Virus record (IMG/VR): IMGVR_UViG_3300013823_000004
Source: an uncultured virus (IMG/VR IMGVR_UViG_3300013823_000004)
Lineage: Duplodnaviria; Heunggongvirae; Uroviricota; Caudoviricetes
Strand: one strand, 5' to 3'
Length of the DNA stretch: 64,000 nucleotides
Positions 48,090-57,230 of the stretch are shown here, piece after piece. Every line of letters begins with the position of its first letter. Positions within the stretch are counted from its first letter, which is position 1. Made by a program: the position numbers and the translations under genes. The notes below the pieces were generated by a model that did no database searches, was not told where the DNA came from, and was given only the letters and a program-made list of their open reading frames with translations.

Positions 48090-48263
48090 ATGCTCGTTCT
48101 GTCCCGCCGCGTAGGCGAATCCCTCTGCATCGGCAACGACGTCAAGGTCGTTGTTCTGGAAGTGAAAGGCTGCCAGGTCCGCATCGGCGTCGCCGCCCCG
48201 AAGGAAACCTCCGTCGACCGCCAGGAGCTGCGCGAGCGCAAGGAGGCCGGCCATGGCAAGTGA
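48090..48263 (+). CDS. csrA: Phage-encoded CsrA/RsmA homologue
   Basis: [59 protein letters not shown]. Confidence 0.92.
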   Translation: MLVLSRRVGESLCIGNDVKVVVLEVKGCQVRIGVAAPKETSVDRQELRERKEAGHGK

Positions 48264-49155
48264 ACGCGCTTCCGAACCCACGCTGACCGAAATCGGCGAG
48301 TTCCTAAAGCGATGCGATCCGCGCCTCGTCTGTGAGTACCTGGACGACGACGTCACCCTGAGCACCGCTCTCGCCGTTCACCTTGGCGAAGCGCCGCAGG
48401 CCGCCGCAGCGCAGGAGGCGGTTGGTGAGGTGGCCGAATGGGAAGGGTCTCTGTGCGTGCAATGGGTGCCGAACTATGAGCCGCCGGTTGGAACGAAGTT
48501 GTTCGCCGCCCCGGTCACCGCAGCGCCGGCCGAAATGTCGCCGGAGTTCACCGACACGGCGCGCGCCGCCATCGCATGGGTGCTGTGGCACCACCAGGGC
48601 GCCAGCTCGCCGGTGGGCCAGCCGCTGCGCTTTGCGCTCGGCATGGGCGCTGACGAACCGCTGCCCGATTGGCGTATCGCCGAGGCGAAGCGCTACGCCG
48701 CATGGGCAGGCGCTACCACGGCCAAGTTCCACGAGGCGCGTGCCATCACCCCCGCAGCGCCGGGGATCGACCAGGCAATCGCGGCTGTCGAGTCGATCCA
48801 GCAGTACATGCGCGATGACTTCCAGGCGCTTCCGCCCGAGGTGTTCTCGCTGCCGCAGAAGGCGCAACGGGCGCTGGTGACGTTGCGCGGCCTTGCTGAT
48901 GCTCCGATGCGGGTACATCCGCGCGATGCAAAGGAGGCCGTGGACTACGTTGTGGCCCACATGCTGGCGGACAGCCCCAAGGGCGGCAGCGAGTCGCGGG
49001 ATGCGGTCCTGGCCGAACTGGTGGAGGCCATCAGCGCGTTCAAAGGCAAGCGGGGTGCATTCATGGCGCTGGGGGCGCAGGACGAGCGCACAGTTCGTCT
49101 GTGGTGGGCTCTTGCCAATGCGCAGGCCGGCGATGCGGAGGTGCCGCATGGCTAA
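48253..49155 (+). CDS. Mosaic early accessory protein
   Basis: 300 aa, several short segments joined by linker motifs. Confidence 0.7.
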   Translation: MASERASEPTLTEIGEFLKRCDPRLVCEYLDDDVTLSTALAVHLGEAPQAAAAQEAVGEVAEWEGSLCVQWVPNYEPPVGTKLFAAPVTAAPAEMSPEFTDTARAAIAWVLWHHQGASSPVGQPLRFALGMGADEPLPDWRIAEAKRYAAWAGATTAKFHEARAITPAAPGIDQAIAAVESIQQYMRDDFQALPPEVFSLPQKAQRALVTLRGLADAPMRVHPRDAKEAVDYVVAHMLADSPKGGSESRDAVLAELVEAISAFKGKRGAFMALGAQDERTVRLWWALANAQAGDAEVPHG

Positions 49156-49729
49156 GCGCTCCTCCGCCCACCCGCTGCGCGACCGGCTGCTGGAGCGCTT
49201 CGCTACCTGGGTCATCGACCGCGCCCAGCGCACGCCCTACTTCCACCTGGCCAACGCCGACGGCACGCCCTACATGGACCGGTTCTGGCTGCTGCGCCTG
49301 GGCCATGCCGGAACCGACGACCGCGGCCAGCCGCGCCCGTGGATCGCCCTGCGCGTGCATCACATCCGCAGCAGCGATGCTGGCCGCGACTTCCACGACC
49401 ACCCGTGGAGCTTCTTCTCCCTGATCCTGCGCGGCGGCTACCGGGAGGACCGGCCCTACACCGGCGTGGTGCCGGAGGTGGCAGATGCCGTGCCCTCGGC
49501 CATCGCCGAGCAGCCCTACACGTCGACCTGGTACGGCGCCGGCAGGTTCCTGTTCCGCCGCGCTGCTGCGTGGCACCGCCTCACCCTCGACGACCAGCAG
49601 CTGGCCGCGGGCACCTGGACGCTGGTGCTGACCCTGCCACCGGCTGACCGCCGCTGGGGCTTCCTCGTGCGCGGCCGGAAGGTCGACCACCGCGAGTATT
49701 TCCGCAGGGGGATGCACCGCCGTGGCTGA
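49148..49729 (+). CDS. Cupin-like phage protein
   Basis: HHIRSSD..FHDHPW.F.SLIL.GGY.E..WHRL..WGF. Confidence 0.75.
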   Translation: MAKRSSAHPLRDRLLERFATWVIDRAQRTPYFHLANADGTPYMDRFWLLRLGHAGTDDRGQPRPWIALRVHHIRSSDAGRDFHDHPWSFFSLILRGGYREDRPYTGVVPEVADAVPSAIAEQPYTSTWYGAGRFLFRRAAAWHRLTLDDQQLAAGTWTLVLTLPPADRRWGFLVRGRKVDHREYFRRGMHRRG

Positions 49730-50342
49730 TATGAATGCGATCGAATGGGAAGCGCCCAGCGCCGAGCTTGACCGCGCGCTGCGCTTGGCCGACCAGCCCG
49801 ATGCTCCGCCGGCGGACCTCCACGCCGCGTTGCGCCTGCTGCGCACCGAGGTGCTGCTCCGCTGGCAGCAGCGCACGGCGCTGAGCTTCCGCCTGCAGGA
49901 CTTGCGCGCGGCACTGGCGCAGGCCGGGATCGACGACCAGTCCACCCTGTACCAGCGCCTGCACGACGTCACCGCGACGGCGGAGGGCTGGATGCACCCG
50001 GGCACGCTGGGCGAGGCCGTGCAGGCGCATATCGGCGCGCTCCGGGGGCTCCTGACCCGCCCGCCGACCGAGGACATGCGCATCGCCGGCTTCGAATCAG
50101 AGGCGTGGGACGCACTCAGCGATGCCGCGGTCGAGCACGGCGGGTGGCCCTACAGCTGCGCCGAGTCGGCGGAGTGCTGCGCGGGAATCTTCAAGGCCAT
50201 GGCCGCCGCGGGCCTGCGCGGCATCGACGCAACGTGGATCGGCATGGATCTGGCCAGCGGCCCCGATGTTCACGTGGAAGAGGACATCGTCGACGGCCAG
50301 GTCGCTGCCGTCCGCGTTGGCTCGCCCGGGAGGAACCCGTGA
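49722..50342 (+). CDS. Hypothetical protein
   Basis: 206 aa, coupled. Confidence 0.6.
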   Translation: MADMNAIEWEAPSAELDRALRLADQPDAPPADLHAALRLLRTEVLLRWQQRTALSFRLQDLRAALAQAGIDDQSTLYQRLHDVTATAEGWMHPGTLGEAVQAHIGALRGLLTRPPTEDMRIAGFESEAWDALSDAAVEHGGWPYSCAESAECCAGIFKAMAAAGLRGIDATWIGMDLASGPDVHVEEDIVDGQVAAVRVGSPGRNP

Positions 50343-50713
50343 TGCCTCGCAAGCGCACCCGGCCGGCCAACATGGGACGCGCCGTCTCTCCGCACCGTGT
50401 CCGCGTTCGCCGCGGCCAGGACACAGCGCGCGCCATCATCAAGCGGCACCTCCGCGAGGAGGGACGGCAGATGATGGAGCTCGTCTATGCCTGGAACTGC
50501 AGCCGCGGCCACGTCTACGACCTCTTCTATCTGGACCGCCCGCTGGCGCCGGCGCACGTCGAGGGCGCCATCCGGATCCTGAAGCTGGACGACTTCGACG
50601 CGAACGAGCTGCGCCTGGTCGCCGCGCGCGAAGCCGGCTGGATGATCGACGCCGCCTACCTGCTGCAGGAAGGCGAATCCGGCGCGCTGGCGCGCCAAGG
50701 CGGTGCCGCGTGA
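50342..50713 (+). CDS. Hypothetical, possibly HTH-like protein
   Basis: 123 aa, TGATG overlap. Confidence 0.6.
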   Translation: MPRKRTRPANMGRAVSPHRVRVRRGQDTARAIIKRHLREEGRQMMELVYAWNCSRGHVYDLFYLDRPLAPAHVEGAIRILKLDDFDANELRLVAAREAGWMIDAAYLLQEGESGALARQGGAA

Positions 50714-50715
50714 CG

Positions 50716-51171
50716 CTATCCCTTCTGCCCCGCCTCGTACACGGCCGCCAGCTTCTCCAGCGCGCGCCGCAACCCTTCATCGCTCTCGTAAGAGCGGCGG
50801 TTGTAGGGGTCATCTCCAATGACCGGGTCCATCCGGCTGAGGTTCCCGCCGAGCGCCAAGTCGGCAGCGTCGGTCAGCACCGCCCAGCGCGCGGACACCT
50901 GCTGGCGATGGGCCTGCTCCATGTAGGCATCTACGAAGTTGCCCCCCGGCTGCTTCATTCGGGAACGCGGCGAGCCCGCCGTGCCGGTACCCGCATCTAC
51001 GGCAAAGGCCAGCGCAAGCAGCAGGTACGCGGTGTCTTGTGCGAGCTCGGCGCGCTCCTCGCGCGTGCGTCTGGGCGGCTCCCTTCCCGGCTTCTGCAGC
51101 AACTCCCCCGCCCGCTCTTGGCATGCCCGGTAGAGCTGGTCCCGTGTCATCTCGCGGTAGGGGTTCGTCAT
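50716..51171 (-). CDS. Counter-oriented hypothetical protein (moron)
   Basis: 151 aa filling a gap in the + operon; TAGAAT 7 nt before ATG. Confidence 0.7.
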   Translation of the reverse strand: MTNPYREMTRDQLYRACQERAGELLQKPGREPPRRTREERAELAQDTAYLLLALAFAVDAGTGTAGSPRSRMKQPGGNFVDAYMEQAHRQQVSARWAVLTDAADLALGGNLSRMDPVIGDDPYNRRSYESDEGLRRALEKLAAVYEAGQKG

Positions 51172-51206
51172 CGTTCACATTCTATTTGCCGGAGGTTCTA
51201 CACGGC

Positions 51207-51833
51207 ATGAGCATCCCCGCATTCCCCCTCTCCTGGCCGACCGGCTGGCGGCGCACCCAGTCCTACAACCGCACCACGGCCCGCTTCCGTAAGGCGGGCA
51301 AGCAAGGTGGGGACGGCCGCTGGCAGCCGCAGCGCGACATCACCATCTCCGAGGCCATCGAGCGCGTGCGCGACGAGCTGCGCCGCATGGGCATCCACGA
51401 CGACGACCTGGTCGTGAGCACCAACCTCGAACTGCGGCTGGATGGCTGGCCGCGCTCGAACCAGCGCGAGCCGACCGATCCGGGCGTTGCCGTCTACTGG
51501 TCAGACCGCCACGGCGCGCCGCCGCGCTGCATGGCCATCGACCGGTACGACCGCGTCGCCGACAACCTGGCGGCCGTCGCCGCGACACTGGACGCCATGC
51601 GGGCAATCGAGCGGCACGGCGGCGCCGAGATCCTCGAGCGGGCCTTCAACGGCTTCGCGGCCCTGCCGAACCACGCTGAATCCTGGCGCGACGTGCTCGA
51701 CCCCGCCGACCCGCGCGGCAGCTACCTGCGGCTGCGCGCCCAGTACCACCCCGACCGCCCCACTGGGGACCGCGGCGAGTTCGAGCGCGTGCAGCGCGCG
51801 TGGCAGGCCTACGAAGCGGAGCAGGCGCAATGA
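51207..51833 (+). CDS. Phage protein with C-terminal J-domain-like segment
   Basis: PLSWP.GWRRT..STN..R.DG.P..DPGVAVYW; W..VL...Y..L...HPDR..G....F..V..AW. Confidence 0.8.
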   Translation: MSIPAFPLSWPTGWRRTQSYNRTTARFRKAGKQGGDGRWQPQRDITISEAIERVRDELRRMGIHDDDLVVSTNLELRLDGWPRSNQREPTDPGVAVYWSDRHGAPPRCMAIDRYDRVADNLAAVAATLDAMRAIERHGGAEILERAFNGFAALPNHAESWRDVLDPADPRGSYLRLRAQYHPDRPTGDRGEFERVQRAWQAYEAEQAQ

Positions 51834-52846
51834 GCAACTCCCCCCAGACCCCCCACGTAAATCCGATCCTGATCGGCAAGGCCGAGGAGATCGACCTCCT
51901 GCTCCCCGCGGTCCGCCAGATGATGGAACGTCAGGGCATCTACCTGGCCAGCGACACCGAGCGGCCCGGCTGGACTGTGCCGCTCGTGGTGAACGCGGAA
52001 GGCCTATGGTCCATGCAGCTGGACACCCAGCTCGACCCTGAGCGCTTCAAGGACACGGTCCAGATCGCGGGCCCGTTCTACGCGCCTGGCGAGGAGGTGG
52101 AGCGCGCAGCCCAGTCCAGCCGCAGCGCATCGCTCGGGATCGATCTTGCTGCGCTTCGCGCTCGGGTTGTCTCGGCTATCGAACGCATCACGAGCGGAAC
52201 CGGTCAGATGCGCGTCCCGGCTGATCTAACCGATCCCGACCTGGTACTGGCTGATGTCCTGGCGCTGCTGGATACCCTCGATCCGCAGCTGCCGTCCGTA
52301 CCGCGCCCGATGCACACCGCACCGCGCGATGGCACGGTGGTGCGGCTCCTGGTGCAGTTCGAGGAACATCTCATTGAGGACACCGATGAACCGGCATGGA
52401 CCATCGGCGCGTGCAATGACGACCTCGTACAGGAGGACGAAAGGATCGGCTGGCAGGTCGCCGGCTGGTGCTGGGAGCACGACCATTTCACCGAGGGCAA
52501 AGGCACGCCGGTTGGCTGGCTGCCGATGCTGGACAGCCCCAAGGGCGGCAGCGAGGCACAGCCGATGTTCTACATCCAGGACACGCGCAGCTTCGTCGGG
52601 AACTGCCCAATGTGGTGGGGGCCGGATGGCAGAGGTTACGTGACGCGGCTCGATGAGGCCGGCCGCTACACCGAGGAAGAAGCCATCCGGCAGAACCAGG
52701 CGCGCGACACCGACATCCCGTGGCCGTGCGACGAGATCGACAAGCTCGCGCGCCCGACCGTGGACTTCCAGCACATGCGTCCTCGCAGTGAACGGCTGGC
52801 CGAGTTGGCCGCGCAGGCCAGCGACGCGGAGGTGGAGCATGGCTAA
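51830..52846 (+). CDS. Mosaic early accessory protein
   Basis: 338 aa; PM.TAPRDGT and FYIQDTRSFVGN..WW..GY segments; shares linkers with 48253-49155. Confidence 0.7.
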   Translation: MSNSPQTPHVNPILIGKAEEIDLLLPAVRQMMERQGIYLASDTERPGWTVPLVVNAEGLWSMQLDTQLDPERFKDTVQIAGPFYAPGEEVERAAQSSRSASLGIDLAALRARVVSAIERITSGTGQMRVPADLTDPDLVLADVLALLDTLDPQLPSVPRPMHTAPRDGTVVRLLVQFEEHLIEDTDEPAWTIGACNDDLVQEDERIGWQVAGWCWEHDHFTEGKGTPVGWLPMLDSPKGGSEAQPMFYIQDTRSFVGNCPMWWGPDGRGYVTRLDEAGRYTEEEAIRQNQARDTDIPWPCDEIDKLARPTVDFQHMRPRSERLAELAAQASDAEVEHG

Positions 52847-54623
52847 GTTCGAGATCCGCCACGCCGGCATGTTCTCCGGCCTGGGCGCCGGCGCACGCGG
52901 CTTCAACCAGGCCCGACCCGACATCGGCACCGCACAGGCGGTCTACCGCTGCCTGGGCGGCATCGACGTCGACCCCGCTGCCATTGCCGACTTCAACCGC
53001 ATCGCTGGCGTGCCGGGCACGGTGATGGATCTGTTCGACCGTGAGCAGTACCGCGCGTTCTGGGGTTGCGAGCCGCCGGCCGGCTGGCGCGAGGCCACCA
53101 CTACCGATATCCACCGCGCGTTCGGCGGTGAGCGGCCGCATGTCATGTTCCTGTCCGCGCCGTGCAAGGGCTTCTCGGGCCTGATGGCCGAGAGCAAGAG
53201 CCGCACGGACAAGTACCAGGCGCTCAACCGCCTGACCCTGCGCGGCATCTGGCTAATGCTGGAAGCCTACCGGGACGACCCCGTGGAAATGGTGCTGTTC
53301 GAGAACGTGCCGCGCATCGCGTCGCGCGGCCGACACCTGCTGGACCAGATCGGGGCGCTCCTGAGCGCCTATGGCTACGTCGTGGCCGAGACCACGCACG
53401 ACTGCGGCGAGCTCGGCGGACTGGCGCAGAGCCGGAAGCGATTCCTGCTGGTCGCTCGGCATGCCGAGAAGGTGCCGCCCTTCCTGTACGAGCCGACAAA
53501 GCGACCGCTGCAGGCGGTTGGTTCGGTGCTGGGCCGCATGCCGCTCGCCGGCGACGTGGAGCGTGCCGGACCGATGCACCGCGTGCCGTCGCTGCAGTGG
53601 AAAACGTGGGTGCGGCTGGCGTTCGTGGAGGCCGGGAGCGACTGGCGCAGCCTCAACCGCTTGGCCGTCGAGGACGGCGTGCTGCGCGACTACCTCGTCG
53701 TGCCCGAGTACCGCCGCGGCTACCTGGGCGTCCATGGGTGGGACGACACAACCGGCACCGTCGCCGGGGAGAGCCTGCCCAGCAACGGCGCTTTCAGCGT
53801 GGCCGACCCACGCGCCGCCGCCGGCGCCGCGCAGTACCAGCAGTACGGCGTGCTCGGCATGGGCGACACGGCCGGCGCGGTCATCGGGGTGAAGTCGCCT
53901 GGCCAGGGCACGTTCTCGGTCGCCGACCCACGCCACCATGGCCCGGCGAAGCATGCCAACGAGTACCGCATCATCCCGTGGGGGCGGCACGCCGGCACCG
54001 TGACCAGCGCCGGCGGCAAGGCAGCCGCCGTGCAGGACCCACGCCCCGCCGGCCAGATCTTCGGGAAGTACGCCTGCACGGCTTGGAGCGAAGCCGCCGG
54101 CACCGTCATCAGTGGCAGCACCACCGGCCAGGGCGCGTTCGCCGTGGCCGACCCCCGCCCTGCGAACCAGCGCCAACAGGGCGACGCCTACCTGACCAAC
54201 GGCCACTACGGCGTTGTGTCCTGGGACGACAACAGCGGCGCCGTGAGCGCGGCCGCCAGGCACGACAACGGCCGCTGGTCCGTGGCCGACCCGCGCCTGC
54301 CCGCCGAGCGCGACAACTTGGTGTGCGTGATCCGTAGCCTGGACGGCACATGGCACCGGCCCTTCACCACGCTGGAGCTGGCCGCCCTACAGTCGCTGGT
54401 CGACCCGGAAGAGAAGCTCGAACTGGACGGTCTGTCCGACCAGGCGTGGCGCGAGCGCATCGGCAACGCCGTGCCGCCGGCCGCGGCGCGCGCGATCGCC
54501 GAAGAGATCGGCCGCACCCTGCTGCTGGCGTGGACCGGCACGACCTTCGCGCTGTCCAGCACGCCCATCTGGGTCCGCGATGTTGCGGTCGCACTGACGA
54601 TGCAGGGCGAGGTGCAGCCGTGA
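52839..54623 (+). CDS. DNA (cytosine-5) methyltransferase with internal repeats
   Basis: Motifs I FSGLG, IV SAPCKGFS, VI FENV, VIII QSRKR, X IGNAVPP; five ..VADPR-type repeats. Confidence 0.9.
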   Translation: MAKFEIRHAGMFSGLGAGARGFNQARPDIGTAQAVYRCLGGIDVDPAAIADFNRIAGVPGTVMDLFDREQYRAFWGCEPPAGWREATTTDIHRAFGGERPHVMFLSAPCKGFSGLMAESKSRTDKYQALNRLTLRGIWLMLEAYRDDPVEMVLFENVPRIASRGRHLLDQIGALLSAYGYVVAETTHDCGELGGLAQSRKRFLLVARHAEKVPPFLYEPTKRPLQAVGSVLGRMPLAGDVERAGPMHRVPSLQWKTWVRLAFVEAGSDWRSLNRLAVEDGVLRDYLVVPEYRRGYLGVHGWDDTTGTVAGESLPSNGAFSVADPRAAAGAAQYQQYGVLGMGDTAGAVIGVKSPGQGTFSVADPRHHGPAKHANEYRIIPWGRHAGTVTSAGGKAAAVQDPRPAGQIFGKYACTAWSEAAGTVISGSTTGQGAFAVADPRPANQRQQGDAYLTNGHYGVVSWDDNSGAVSAAARHDNGRWSVADPRLPAERDNLVCVIRSLDGTWHRPFTTLELAALQSLVDPEEKLELDGLSDQAWRERIGNAVPPAAARAIAEEIGRTLLLAWTGTTFALSSTPIWVRDVAVALTMQGEVQP

Positions 54624-54847
54624 GCGTCGATTTCCCGAGAGGGTGGGAAATCACCCGAAGTGTCGCCCCCGAGTACCACCACAACCGCTGTAGCTACAAC
54701 GTGGCCGGGATGCTCTGCGATTGCGATGTGCTGATGAAGCACCCCGAGCAGTTGGACGCGACGTTCTACGGTGCCGGCGGTCGTGTCATCCGAGCGGCAG
54801 ACGAGCAGGCCAACAGCCACGGCGCTGGGGTGTCCAATGGCAATTGA
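54620..54847 (+). CDS. Small hypothetical protein
   Basis: 75 aa, GTGA overlap. Confidence 0.55.
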   Translation: MSVDFPRGWEITRSVAPEYHHNRCSYNVAGMLCDCDVLMKHPEQLDATFYGAGGRVIRAADEQANSHGAGVSNGN

Positions 54848-55067
54848 TTACAGCAGCATCGACGCAGCAATTGTCAGCTGCATTGAAAATGGGGCCGACA
54901 CGTTTGGCGCGATCTTCCCGAATCGAAAGGTTAAGGAGGCGTGCGTCGCCGCGTTCGGCGATGAGCGAGCGGACTGCTACAGAATCGTGGACCGCCGGCT
55001 GCAATCACTGCGCAAGAGGCGAGCCATAGAGCTTCACAACCGAAAGTGGGCGGTGCGCCATGGCTGA
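54837..55067 (+). CDS. Small hypothetical protein, possibly wHTH
   Basis: 76 aa, RIVDRRLQ.LRK...I. Confidence 0.6.
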   Translation: MAIDYSSIDAAIVSCIENGADTFGAIFPNRKVKEACVAAFGDERADCYRIVDRRLQSLRKRRAIELHNRKWAVRHG

Positions 55068-55169
55068 CCTGAAGCAGCGGCTGGAGCAGCACGCGGCCGC
55101 CTACAGCCTGCTCGGCGAGAAAGACCTGCCCGCATTGCTGCGGGAGGCTGCTGCCTCCCTGCGTGCCGC

Positions 55170-55426
55170 TCCTGAAGCTCGAGAGCTGTTCCGCGCTCAG
55201 TCTCAGCCGCTTCCCGTGCCACTTTTATCTGCTGACGGGACACATGCAGTGCGATGACAGCTGCGAAGAAGGTCCCGAAGGCGCTGGCCCAGCCGGCAGC
55301 TTCTGGGGTCCACAGTCGAGGGATCCCGAGGACGCAGATCACAGCACCGGCGCCGACAGCGGCCGCGCTTGGCGCCAGCACCAGCGGGCGCCGGAGCCAC
55401 CTCCAAGCCTTAGGAAAGAACCCCAT
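55170..55426 (-). pseudogene. Truncated membrane-anchored moron
   Basis: TGGCAAAAT promoter and GGAG RBS, two TM segments (..WASAFGTFFAAVIAL), then runs into antisense of another phage ORF. Confidence 0.5.
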
Positions 55427-55478
55427 AACCGACGCTCCATGTCAACGAGCTCCAATTTTGCCACGGGAGGGTAGCCGG

Positions 55479-55745
55479 ATGACCGAGATCCGAGACCATG
55501 CGGCCCCCTCGATCCGAGGCCTGCTGAGGCCGCCGCGGTTCGTCACCATCGAGAAATTCGAGGAACTGACCGGCTACACCCCCGACGCCACCCGTTCGAA
55601 GATCAAACGAGGGGATTGGCTGGAAGGTGTGCTCTACATAAAGGCCCCTGACGGCCGGATACTGATGGACATCGAGGGATACGAATGGTGGGTACTAAAC
55701 GGGGCGGCGGGGTCCGCCCAGCTACAGAAAGCAGCATCGAGGTAG
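55479..55745 (+). CDS. xis: Excisionase
   Basis: FVTIEKF.ELTGYT.DA.R.KIKRG.W.EG..Y.KAPDGRIL.D.EGY..WV; overlaps int. Confidence 0.85.
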   Translation: MTEIRDHAAPSIRGLLRPPRFVTIEKFEELTGYTPDATRSKIKRGDWLEGVLYIKAPDGRILMDIEGYEWWVLNGAAGSAQLQKAASR

Positions 55746-56854
55746 ATTTCTACTACCGGGGGGCAAGGTGCCGGGAGCGGATAAAGCTCCCCCCTACCCC
55801 TCGCAACATTCGGTTCTGCGAGAATCTGCTGGGCCAGATCAAGATCGAGATCGAGAAGGGCATCTTCGACTACGCCAAGCACTTCCCTGGCAGCAAGCGC
55901 GCCCGCAAGGTGATTGAGAAGCCGGCCACCTTGGATGACATGGCCACGGTGCTGCAGCGCTGGCTGGGCCGGAAGCAGCTCGAGCTCGAGCACAGCACCA
56001 TCATCGGCTACACCCGGATCGTAGAGAACATCCTGACGCCCCGGATCGGGAAGATCGCACTGCGCGACTTCGACAGGCTGGCGGTGCGCGAGCTGGTGGC
56101 GACGTTCGGCGAAGGTGTGACGGCGAAGCGGATCAACAACGTGCTCGGCCCGCTGCGCGGCGCCCTGGACGATGCCGTAGACGACGGCCTGCTGGCGGCC
56201 AACCCGCTCGACGGCTTCAAGGTGCGGCGCCGCGCGAAGGCCAACGCCACCGAGGAGGTCGATCCGTTCAGCCCTGCCGAGGTGCGCGCCATCCTGGCGG
56301 CGATCGACGAGGACCAGGTCAGGAACTACTGCCAGTTCAACTTCGCCACCGGTCTGCGGACCTCGGAGATGATCGGCCTGTGCTGGTCCGACATTGACTG
56401 GGTCGCCGGCACAGTGAAGATCCGGCGGGCGTGGGTCATGGGCAAGATGAAGGCGCCGAAGACCGACTCAGGCGTGCGCGAGGTGCAACTGGTCGCGCCG
56501 GCGCTGGCCGCCCTCAAGGCACAGCGCGCGCATACCGCCCTGGCCGGTGAGTTCGTCTTCCACGACCCGAAGAGCAACGCGCGCTGGGGTTCGGACCAGA
56601 CGCTGCGCGCCGGCGACTGGCCGAAGGCCCTACGGAAGGCCGGTGTCCGGTACCGCTACCCGTACCAGATGCGGCACACGTTCGCCTCGCAGGCGCTGAG
56701 CGCCGGCGAGAACGTAATGTGGGTCGCCCGGCAGATGGGGCATCGCGACTGGACCATCACGGCGAAGAAATACGCGCGCTGGATTCCGTCGATCGTGCCG
56801 GACGCGGGCGGCAAGCTGGCCAACGTGTGGCAGGACAAAGAAGGGTTGGCCTGA
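55685..56854 (+). CDS. int: Tyrosine integrase (Arm-DNA-bind_2/DUF3596-type)
   Basis: SIEVDFYYRGARCRERI; TGLRTSE, PKT, YQMRHTFAS, QMGH, KYARW. Confidence 0.93.
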   Translation: MVGTKRGGGVRPATESSIEVDFYYRGARCRERIKLPPTPRNIRFCENLLGQIKIEIEKGIFDYAKHFPGSKRARKVIEKPATLDDMATVLQRWLGRKQLELEHSTIIGYTRIVENILTPRIGKIALRDFDRLAVRELVATFGEGVTAKRINNVLGPLRGALDDAVDDGLLAANPLDGFKVRRRAKANATEEVDPFSPAEVRAILAAIDEDQVRNYCQFNFATGLRTSEMIGLCWSDIDWVAGTVKIRRAWVMGKMKAPKTDSGVREVQLVAPALAALKAQRAHTALAGEFVFHDPKSNARWGSDQTLRAGDWPKALRKAGVRYRYPYQMRHTFASQALSAGENVMWVARQMGHRDWTITAKKYARWIPSIVPDAGGKLANVWQDKEGLA

Positions 56855-56902
56855 CCAGGCGGCCCAGTGGTCAGTTTGAAAAACTGACCAAGAAGCTGAC
56901 CA
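56851..56902. repeat. Putative integrase arm-type sites
   Basis: CTGACCA at 56851, 56884, 56896 and inverted TGGTCAG at 56868. Confidence 0.6.
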
Positions 56903-56949
56903 GTCGCCGCCCAACCATGCCCTTTCAAGCCCTGCCGGGCTGAAACGAC

Positions 56950-56992
56950 AAAAAAGCCCGCCATGCATAAGTGCTTGGCGGGCTTCGTTTTT
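56950..56992. terminator. Bidirectional intrinsic terminator, probable att junction
   Basis: AAGCCCGCCA/TGGCGGGCTT stem with A/T runs on both sides. Confidence 0.75.
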
Positions 56993-57075
56993 CTGAGATT
57001 TCGGCGGTCTGCGCCTGCAGCCTATCGGCGACAGTGCACCCCCGATTTCTTCAAGAATTCTTCCGTCCTGATCGC
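56950..57075 (-). ncRNA. Candidate host small RNA
   Basis: Non-coding stretch between two terminators, ending in a U-tract terminator on the minus strand; 5' end uncertain. Confidence 0.35.
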
Positions 57076-57230
57076 CCTGACCCATGATGCGGCCCGGTCG
57101 ATGCTCGACAGCGGCCATGGTACGCGATGCTGCGTGGTGCGTCACCTGCACGCGACCGGGTGGACATCTTCCAGTCATGCGCCGTGTCCGTCCAATCCAG
57201 GACCGCGGTACGAACACGCATCCTGAAACG

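Larger units (their letters stand above)
1..56990. mobile_element. Prophage A, temperate podovirus-like; left end outside window
   Basis: Continuous int-xis / early / cI-cro / replication / lysis / terminase-portal-capsid / tail / giant virion gene order; no tape measure, sheath or tube gene recognised. Right boundary approximate. Confidence 0.93.

Noticed and set aside
57032..57043. GGGGGTGCACTG (minus strand) resembling the 5' end of Xanthomonadaceae tmRNA as remembered
   Set aside because: Only 12 nt; the TTCGAC continuation, tag frame and 3' tRNA-like end are absent. Not called, though a 5'-end att cannot be excluded without a search.
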